Shown: positions 35,073 to 44,867 of the stretch, piece by piece
Layout of the letters: each line of letters opens with the position of its first letter
Numbering within the stretch: position 1 is the stretch's first letter
Program-made: the position numbers and the translations under genes
Notes under the pieces: model-generated
The model's database searches: none
What the model saw: the letters and a program-made list of their open reading frames with translations, nothing else
Told to the model about the DNA's origin: nothing
Assembly (NCBI RefSeq): GCF_000143415.4
Contig: NW_003314329.1
Location: 699,162-744,028, forward strand
DNA: 44,867 bases
Source of the DNA: Selaginella moellendorffii
Lineage: Eukaryota > Plantae > Lycopodiophyta
Direction of reading: 5' to 3'

Positions 35073-38000
35073 TGTCGCGAATGTGACTTCAGGTATCGAA
35101 AGTTACCTGTCAGCTAGTCCTTGCGGATACTCTTACCTTACTGCCACGATGGCAGGAGGTCGGTATTGCTGGTTCCCTTTATCAGCCCCTCTTGTTCAAG
35201 TGTTAGTAAACTGGGCTTAGCATCTGTACTTAGCCAGATGGACATAAGGTAGGAACTCTTATGTGTTTCTAGCTGAGCATACTCGGCCTAGCTCTTAGTT
35301 CTCTTTTGCTCTGTCTTGCACTGGCTTGACACGGATCGCGAATGTGACTTCGGGTATCGAAAGTTACCTGTCGGCTAGTCCTTACGGACACTCTTACTTT
35401 ACTGCCACGATGGCAGGAGGTCGGTATTGCTAGACCCTTTATTAGTCCCTCTTGTTCAAGTGTTAGTAAACTAGACTTTGCATCTGTACTTGGCCGGATA
35501 AGCATAAGGAAGGAACTCCTAAGTGTCTATTTAGCTGAGCATACTCAGCCCAGCTTTTTAGTTCTCTTTTGCTCTGTCTTGCACTGGCTTGACAAGAACA
35601 CTCGCATATTGAGATTGGTCCCTCAATATCGCTGGATGATAGCTTACCGTGTCTGCCAAACACCCTCGCTATCATGCCCTTTGTGTTAGTCTCATTTCGG
35701 TCTCAAATGCTATTTATAAAAAGTGTCCAGATTTGCTCATTTGGCATATCTACGGAATGTAGAGATCGGCCTGAACACAATGGTGTTCGTCCCGTGTCCA
35801 AATTTGCAATCTAAGGACATTCCATATTTAGTAAGTTTTGAGCTTGTCCCAGAGACTAACTCCTGATACTAAGGGAGGCTTGGGGTGAAAGCCCAAAGCG
35901 TGTGTTCCTCAAAGGGGGGGGGGGCGCTGTCGGGGGTTCCAAATATATAATAGGGATAGTGGGTAGGTCGGGCATGGCTGACCAACCTAAGGCATAGTCT
36001 AGCTCCCGCTTGCGTGCCTGTCCTTGTTTTGCGTCCGGCTTGGGTCTAAGCCCAAGTTCCATTCCATGCTAGTTGGTGGAGTACCCATATCCTCGCGTTA
36101 GGCCACCGGTATGCCGAAATAGCGCTAGACTCCGTTTGGCTCCGTTTTGCGTGCTAGTCCTAGCATTGGGATGCTGGTTGCTCCAGGACTATTCCAAGTA
36201 GCCCCGGGCCCCTGTCCCTTCGCTCCTTGGGCTGTATGCTCGGGAGTTGCTCCGTGGTTCGGTTCCATCACTCCTTGGCTCATGCTTGGGAGTTTGGCAC
36301 CATTCGTTCGTTTAGTGGCCCAAGGCCTTGAACCTCAGGTTCCTATGGACACGTGGCATGGACACGTGGCATCTGTCACGTGGCACAAAGAGGGTTTAGG
36401 TTCCGCTTCGTGGTGTTATCCTATGGTAAATCACCATAGGATAAAGGGTCAAAACCACGTGCGCTACATTTGGTATCAGAGAATGAGTCTCAGCGAGTAC
36501 TATTCAATGAGATTGGGCAATTAGTCTTGTTGCATACGCAGAGATGAAAACGATGATCCGAGTGGGTATACGTTTGGGTGCAAAAGACTTCGCAATTGTT
36601 CCTTGGGTATGGATTTGGTTACCTTCTTGTTCCATATTATGTGAGCTTGCTCTTGGGCTCATAGGGTGGACTGAGTTGTTCCGGTTGCACGAGTTTACGC
36701 ATGGGCTCATGAATGAGGCACATTAGCAACTCAAGATTGCACTTTGAGTTAGCAGGATTAATGTTAGCCTATCGGTGGTTCCGTAAGTTGTTCCATGTAC
36801 CATGGGTGAAAAGCAAACCTCCCTAGGTTTGCTATGAGTGGTAAATAGGCTGGTCCGTAGCTGTTTAGCACAGCACTAGTGGATCCTTCCTAGGCATGAT
36901 TATAAGTGGAACAATTAAGACTATAGGGATTAGTCTATTGGTTCAAGTAGTCATGGCTGTGCTCTCTCATAAACTTTTCTTGGATTGAATTGAAGGCAAT
37001 GCGAAAGCAAGCTTGAGGTTTGGTCAAAGATGAGACCGAAAAGAGAGTCATCAAGAACGGAGGATCAAATATGTAAATCATTTTCTCTTCTTGGAGAGAT
37101 GATTTGCAACGAGGTGTTAACTCATTGCTTGTGTTCATATCATGCAATCAAGAGTCCTTATCTTGATGCATGTTGGAGATGGTGGTCTTACAATAGTGAG
37201 TTGTGGGATGGATAACAGTGAAGTGCTATACCATTTTTGTCTAAGCTCGCTATAGAAGATTTGGGTTGCAATGCTCAATTCTTTTCCGGGGAACCTTGTT
37301 ATTGCTCCTTGAGTAGCTTGGTGTTGGATTAGTTTTGAGTTTGGTCGGAAAGAGAGTGGCATGAGCTTGTCCGTGTTATGAACAAAAGTTAGTGGTGTTA
37401 GATGTTGTAAATCTCTATCGATGGGGTGTGGCATTTATGTTGCATTTTGTCGAATCGAGTTGGCACTTGATATCCATATAAACCTTTGAAGTAATGACAT
37501 GGGCATTGCTCATAGTGTTGCTTGATTGATAATCAAGTCATTATGATTTATATCATATCCATGTGATAATGAGCAATGTGTTTACGAAGTTGCTTGGTTA
37601 AACGATGATCAACCCCAAAGTGGTTGATGGAGAAGCTAGTCTACTTGCATGAAGTAGCATTGTGGTAGCTTTAATTGGATTCTTAGAGATGGTCCATTAT
37701 GCTAAGCTTATGTTGGTACCTTGTTTCCTTGAGTTTGCCCATTAGGTGTTGGAAAAGGGTTGTAGCATTCATTTGTTATAGCTCGTCAGTTGATCCATTA
37801 GCACTTGGAGTAGATTGTTGGATGGAGAAAATGTGTAGTTGAGGCATTGACATTACTAGCACTTGTGTTAGTGGAAGTGGCATTGTTACTTCGAGTGATG
37901 AGGAATTTTCCTTGGACCTTGATTTTCTATGTCATTTTTTTTTTGTTAGTGTTTTGACTTCACATTATATCTTGAAGGTGATTGAAGAAGGGTGTTAGTG

Positions 38001-41000
38001 CAATATGGATATCCGAAGATGTGGTCTTCGTGATCAAGCCTTGGATGTTCATTTTGCACTTTGTGGATGTCGGAGTTAGATGTCAGAAAAATGGGCAAAG
38101 ATGTTCGAGGCTTAAGCATATTGTTGGACATGAGAATTTGTGTTGAGGTGAATCTATGTGAAGTTGTTTGTAGGAGGAAGTTGGTTGAGTCTTGAAAGTT
38201 TGCAATCTTGGACTGAGAGTCATTCTTTCTCTAGGATTGGAAAATTTTCCACAAATTTTCTTAGACTTTTCCGATGGCTGATTAGTTGATCACTTTGCCC
38301 GAAAACCATTCTGTTTTCGTAAGCCAGTACAAACTAGTGAAGGGGTTAGAGTTGACTTCGGTTAACTTAGACTTTGGTAGGTAGTTTGTATGATGCGACC
38401 CAAAAGGGATGCTAACTTTTGGGGCTAAGGCAATTAAGTTGGATGGAGTCTAGAGTTGGTGTAGAAAAGTGGCCGTTGCACTTTTCTAAGAAGGGTGACC
38501 CTTGTGCCTTTCTTTTGTAGCATTATGCTCGGTGGCGGGTTGCACCTTGCATTTTGTTAAGACTCTATGAGAGTAGTGAGCTCTCACTGATTTTGACTTG
38601 GTCTTGGTGGCCCTGCGCCTTGGCTAAGGATGGTGATGTCCAACTTAGTTGTTTGAGGTTGAGATGTTAGTACCTATACTATAGCTTTGTCTATGAGGAG
38701 GTTGTGTACCGATATGAGTTCATCTCATGGTCTTCATTTTAGTTTCGACTGAGTGTTGATCATGCATAGCTAGCCTCTTCAAGGCATACTCAGAGCTATT
38801 AACTAGGTATGTTGGTGAGCTTATCGCAGTTGAGTTGGATTTGAGTGGTCATTTAGTTTGTGCTTGTCTATGAACTTTTATCTCATACCTGGGGTATTAT
38901 GTTTATGTTGGATAAGTATGTGACTTGATGACAAGAGTTGGTGCTTGGGTCTTGTGAACGCAAGTTGAGGAGTGATTGTTAGTTGCTTTGCGACTAGTGA
39001 TTACTTGTAGACTTCATCAAGGACCATTGACACTTGCTTTGCTCGATGATGATTTAGCAGTGATGGGCTTGCTTTACCGGATGGTATTGCGGAGGATCGT
39101 GTCGTTAGACTTATATGGGTTTTCCATGTTGGCATGTTGACTCTATCTTTGTTGATATCATTTGGTTGCGTTTAGTTCGTGGTGTTGGATTTCATTGAGT
39201 CTTGGATGTGGTGATTCACTCCTTGAGGAAGTGTTATCTATGACTGAGTATTGTTGAGAAATTGGTCTTGGATACTGAGTAAAGTATCTCTGACTTTGGT
39301 TAGCTTGGTTGCTAGAGAGTTTTGAGTGGTGATTCACTCTTGCTTTTTGCTAGCTTTGTTCTGTTGTTGATGGCATTGAAGTGATGCCTTGTCGTTAACA
39401 TTGTTGGTATTGAAATTCAAGTGAAATGAGATGTCTCTCTGTAGGATTGATATTGAGTTTCATTAGTTCTGATAAAAATAGTGTTGATGATTTGGCTTTA
39501 GCTTTGTGTTGTTGGCATTCATGCATTTGCTAGTTAGCAACTGTGTTGACGTTCAAATGAACTGAGTGGCAAGTTGAGTTAGTTGTGTTCTAGATGAGAT
39601 TGTTTAGTAGGGGTTGAGCTTTAGCTTTTCCTTGAAAAGTGATTCAGTCGTGGACTATGCTAACTCTACAAGCGGAAGAGTTAGTGATCGATAATGGGAA
39701 GTTTGAATCCTTATTGGGTTTGAATTGGACTATATTGATCATTGATGATTCCCTTGTGCTTGTTACGACGTGAGCTACGTCTTGCTATAGATGAATTCAT
39801 GGAGGATCATTTAGTGATCACTTGTTGAGCATAGCTCCATTGTGCTTAGCTTTTGGATTGATGCAGAAATGCTCTTCATTAACTTTGGCATTATGAAGTT
39901 TGGATTATGGATGTGTTGAAGAAGACATTGTGGGTTGCACCATGATTTCTTCTTTAGCATTGAAGTTAATTTCTATGAGACTCGTGATCATTATTAAGCA
40001 AGACTTGGCTATAGGCTTCTTCGAGCTTTTGGTTCTTTGAGTTTTCATACTTATTGTTCCATTTGTCCGGAGTTATTTGGGGAAGGCATTTTTGGCTCTT
40101 TAGCTTTGATGTTGAAGTTAGTATTTGCAATTAGCAATCATTGGTGATGATTGACTATCATCTAGGATAATTGATTATCCTTGTTAAGAAGTTTGCTTGA
40201 TTATCGTTGATCTAGAGTGATTTGCTATTCTTTAAGATGGTGGATTTCTTCTTAGATGATGATTGCGCATATCTCTTTCTTGATGGGATGATTGATGATC
40301 TTTCATGATGGTTAGTAATTTCCTGTGATGGTTTATGGCTTTTTGCAATACCACATATTCTTTGTGGTTTGTTTTGGATTGGTCTCTTGGGTTTGAGACA
40401 TCAGTAGGATGTTGCTGACACTTGCTTAGGCAACTTGAGTTCCTTGGTGTTATTGGCTGGGATCTATCTGGATTGGCTAGTGCAATGGTTGATATGAACA
40501 AGCGTTTGTTTGCTTTGCAACATTCATTTTGTTCTGTTGATTATTGCTCAAGTTAGTTCTCATAGATTATGATGTTATTTCCTTCGGGTGATACATTCGC
40601 GAGCATTGTGCTTGTTAGTCAATGATACTTTGTGTTCTTTGAGTTGCGTTTTGTGAGTTGTTTGGCATGCTATCTGTCATTTTCAGTAGTTAAGTTTTAT
40701 CATTGAGTTTACTTGATGATATACTTGCTATTGAATTTTGTTGGATGATGAATCCTATATTTTCCAATGATAGTGATCTTGGTGGTTCTTATCTACTATA
40801 ATACTAGTTTCTCAGATGATAACTTACTTGGAATACTTTTGTGTTCTAATCTAAGATATATTCATTGATAATTAAGCCTCTAAGATATCATTGTCTATGA
40901 CTTTGATATTGTCCATCTATTGATCTTTGAGTTTGGGCCAGTAATGAGTAGATTGGCTTCGGCACTTCGTGTGCATGGTGAAATCTCTAGTCATGGGGTA

Positions 41001-42583
41001 GCTACTGTCGACTGGTCACATAACCCACCTCTCTGTCGATGTTCCTTATTTCGGTGAAAGGGCGTGACCATGTAAACAACTCTAACTACCAGTTGACAGT
41101 AGTCTATCTAAACCTTACCGACGGGTTTGGTTTCTTTGCTTATGAGGGTTGGGGCCTTTGGCTTCTCTCTCTATGTCTCTGCGGGCAGGGGCATATCACA
41201 CTTTTGTAAGCTGGGTGACTCCCAGAGCAGCAAGGGTGGCTAACTGTGTTGGTCATTTCCTTGTCGGCAACGGCTGGAAGGTGTCTGAGTTGGCAACGCA
41301 TCCGCGTTAGACAAAGAGGTTGCCCCCTAACTCATTTAAGTTGGTGCATTTCTCACATAGTGTGAGTACCGTGAACTTTTTTTAGAGTTGTTTCCTTGGT
41401 GGTATTCTAGACTCGAGTATGCATTGACGAGGACGTCGATCTTCCCTAGGGGGGGAGAGTGTCGCGAATGTGACTTCGGGTATCGAAAGTTAACTATCGG
41501 CTAGTCCTTACGGACACTCTTACCTTACTGCCACGATAGCAGGAGGTCGGTATTGCTGGACCCTTTATTAGTCCCTCTTGTTCAAGTGTTAGTAAACTGG
41601 ACTTTGCATCTGTACTTGGCCGGATGAGCATAAGGAAGGAATTCCTAAGTGTCTATTTAGCTGAGCATACTCAGCCCGGCTTTTTAGTTCTCTTTTGCTC
41701 TGTCTTGCACTGGCTTGACAAGAACCCTTGCGTATTGAGATTGGTCCCTCAATATCGCTGGATGATAGCTTACCGTGTCTGCCAAACACCCTCGCTATCA
41801 TGCCCTTTGTGTTAGTCTCATTTCGGTCCCAAATGCTATTTATGGAAAGTGTCCAGATTTGCTCATTTGGCATATCTACGGAATGTAGAGATCGGCCTAA
41901 ACACAATGGTGTTCGTCCCGTGTCCAAATTTGCAATCTAAGGACATTCCATATTTAGTAAGTTTTGAGCTTGTCCCAGAGACTAACTCCTGATACTAAGG
42001 GAGGCTTGGGGTGAAAGCCCAAAGCGTGTGTTCCTCAAGGGGGGGGGGGGTTCCAAATGTATAGTAGGGATAGTGGGTAGGTCGGGCATGGCCGACCAAC
42101 CTGAGGCATAGTTTAGCTCCCGCTTGTGTGCCTATCCTTGTTCTGCGTCCGGCTTGGGTCTAAGCCCAAGTTCCATTCCATGCTAGTTGGTGGAGTACCC
42201 ATATCCTCGCATTAGGCCACCGGTATGCCGAAATAGCGCCAGACTCCATTTGGCTCCGTTTTGCATGCTAGTCCTGGCATTGGGATGCTGGTTGCTCCAG
42301 GACTGTTCCAAGTCGCCCCAGGCCTCTGTCCCTTCGCTCCTTGGGCTATATGCTCAAGAGTTGCTCCGTGGTTCGGTTCCATCACTCCTTGGCTCACGCT
42401 TGGGAGTTTGGCACCGTTCGTTCGTTTAGTGGCCCAAGGCCCTGAACCTCAGGTTCCTATGGACACGTGGCATGTGACACGTGGCATCTGTCACGTGGCA
42501 CAAAGAGGGTTTAGGTTCCGCTTCGTGGTGTTATCCTATGGTAAATCACCATAGGATAAAGGGTCAAAACCACGTGCTCTACA
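35073..42583 (+). mobile_element. Full-length non-autonomous LTR element (LARD-like, family L), about 7.5 kb
   Basis: 5' LTR 35073-36468 (first ~260 bp tandemly duplicated), PBS tggtatcagag 36471-36481, about 5 kb of ORF-less internal sequence, PPT ggggggggagag, and 3' LTR 41460-42583. No TSD (tggag vs ggttg). Confidence 0.9.
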
Positions 42584-44220
42584 GGTTGCCCCCTACATGA
42601 TTGATGGAACATAAGATTGAGCTGGTCAAGGGTGCTAAGGCAGTGGTTCATCCCCTTTATCGTTTGAATGAAAAGGAACTTGAGGAGCTCACCAACTAGC
42701 TAGAGGAGTTGGTGGAAAAAGGGTATGTTAGGTTGAGCAATTCACCATATGGTGCACCGGTGCTATTTGAGAAAAAGAAAGATGAAACTATGCACATATG
42801 CATAGACTACTGGTTGCTCAACAAGTGTACAAAGAAGAACAAGTACCCATTACGAAAGATTGAGGACCTGTTCGATAGGTTGGAAAGGTGAAATACTTCT
42901 TGAGGATTGCCGTAATGTCAAGATACTACTAGATCAGTGTAGCAGAGGAAGATGTCGAGAAGACAACCTATCAAACAAGGTATGGAGGTTGGAAACAGGT
43001 CAAAGCCGTCACTAAAGCTAGTGGGGGCTTGTTACAAAGCATCCCAATTCCAGATCATCCATGGAAATGCCTAACAATAGACTTCATCACGGGACTCCCC
43101 CCAAGCGAGGGGTTTGATGCGATATTTGTGGTGGTGGACCGATTTTCGAAGATGGCACATTTCATACCTACCACAACGGAAGTGGATGTAGAAGGTGTGG
43201 CGAAGCTGTTCTTCAAACAAGTGGTTCAAGTGCAAGGAATGCCAGAAGAGATCATCTCATATCGAGATAAGATCTTCACCAGTAGGTTCTAGAGGATGCT
43301 TCTAAAATAATATTGCACCAAGTTGAAATTCATCACAGCCTATCACCCCCAGATAGGTATTGGGTATTAAGTCAAGTTTGAGGGCACTAACACTTCTTGA
43401 TAGACAGACAAATGAAAAGGGTGAATAGGCAACTGGAGAATTATTTGCGATGCTTTGTCTCAGGAGACTAAACCGATTGGGTAAGTCATTTAGGACTTGT
43501 GGAAATATGCTATAACAACTCACCATATTCAAATATTGGGGTGAGTCTATAGGAAGTCATCAATGGGTGAGCTATTGAAGGTTCTGTGGAACTCGGCGTG
43601 GCCGAATATCATGGAGAATTACCTGCGGTAGAGGCATTCATAGTGGAAAGATTCAACATTTGGAATTTAGTGAGGGATTCCTTAGAACGGGCTCAACAAA
43701 GGCAAACCAAGTACGCAAACCAAAAGCGCCGGGATGTAGAGTTCTGACTTGGGGAGAAGGTGTGGCTGAACACCAAGAATCTGAGGCTACCAAGTGGGAT
43801 CAGCCGAAAGTTGACCCAAAGGTAAAAATGCATGTATACCTAGAAATGAACTAATCTTGAGTTCCTTAAGCAGGTTCGTAGGGCCTTACAAGATTGAGGC
43901 ACGAATCGGTAAAGTGGCTTACCGCCTCTGACTTCCTCGAGAGATGGGGAAGATGCACTTAGTATTCCATATGAACTTACTCAAGCTATACTTTGAGGAT
44001 CCACTTCGCAAGGACCAAATAAGACCTTTACCTAAGGTTATCCAAGGGGAAGAGGAATACAAAGTCAAGGCTATTCTCAATATGTTGCAAGAGCAAATGA
44101 CAAGGATGCAAGGTGAGGGAGTTCCATGTGAAGTGGAAAGGATTTCCACACTGTGAAGCAACATGGGAACCGAAGGAGAACCTAGTGAATGCGCGAGATT
44201 TAGTGGAGGAATTTTTGTAA
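42584..44220 (+). pseudogene. Chromovirus (Ty3/gypsy) pol remnant: RT N-terminus, deletion, integrase, chromodomain
   Basis: [21 protein letters not shown] (RT), PWKCLTIDFITGLP..VVVDRFSKMAHF (integrase), GPY/F module, and EYKVKAIL...VKWKGF..EATWEP (chromodomain). Confidence 0.92.
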
Positions 44221-44649
44221 GGCAGAACTCTATGTACTTATGCAAAGTTCAATTGAAGTATCAATTTGTGAAGTTGAGCAATAGCATATGTTGGGACCCA
44301 AAGGCGTGCCGAAGGTAAGTTAATTAGCATGGGTTAGCTAGGTCGGCCAAGCGTAGGGAACTACACCCAACTCCTTGCGAGGATGTCTAATCCGTAAACG
44401 TATTCTATAGAGGTTGGGTTCGAATCCCAACCCCCTAGTAAAGCAAGGCTGGGTTCAAGTCCCAACCCCATACTAGGGCGTGGTGAGGTGAGGGGTATAA
44501 GGACACTTATATTTCGTTGTCATGGGCTCTTGGCCGAGGAGGCTAACTCGCTAAGTGGGGGGATGCCCCTGGAGACATGGTCAATAAGTTGTAGGATTAA
44601 AAAGAGACATTTGATGTGGGCATTGAACTTCTTCTATGGGTGATGGAGT

Positions 44650-44867
44650 TGTAAGGAACCAACTCCCCGAGGTGTCATAGGCTAAAGGATCCTCGAAAGC
44701 ATGACCGAAATGATAAAGATTTCATCGGATGGGACCAAGTCCAAGATTGAGTCCAAGATTGACTCTAAGACCAAGTTCGAGATAGAGTCCGGGATCGAGT
44801 TTGAGGCCGACTCCAAGACCGAGTTCGAGACCAAGTTCGAGACAGAGTCCGAGATCCGAGATCGGGT
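44650..44867 (+). mobile_element. Start of the chromovirus 3' LTR (runs off the window)
   Basis: Begins TGTAAGGAACC and matches the terminus of the solo LTR at 16827-17975 on the opposite strand. Confidence 0.85.

Overview
This is plant nuclear, repeat-dense DNA. TTTAGGG repeats, 45-57 nt introns and a PLS-type PPR fragment suggest an early-diverging land plant such as a lycophyte (inference only). No intact host gene is visible. Both flanks are nested LTR retroelements: LARD-like copies, three TRIMs, a decayed Ty3/gypsy, a chromovirus and a LINE scrap. The centre (8600-28300) holds two inverted, differently deleted copies of one large DNA transposon of about 12.5 kb, with 22-bp TIRs GCTCTATTTCGTTAAAGTGGGA. 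It carries two divergent genes. The first is a DDD transposase of about 1,000 aa with a GHTHEDID motif. The second is a multi-exon accessory gene of about 1,640 codons that the ORF track splits into many pieces. By hand it splices in frame into a ParB/Srx-like domain, a degenerate amino-DNA-methyltransferase-like domain, a basic/acidic linker and an FCP1-like HAD phosphatase. The element also carries about 30 copies of a 22-bp palindrome, ATGGCRTG-N6-CAYGCCAT, that I did not see outside it, several of them in tiny introns. The best candidate for an undescribed system is this ParB-like/MTase-like/phosphatase protein paired with dispersed parS-like palindromes, possibly for self-recognition or anti-silencing. 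Domain calls are by-eye motif recognition, not database searches.
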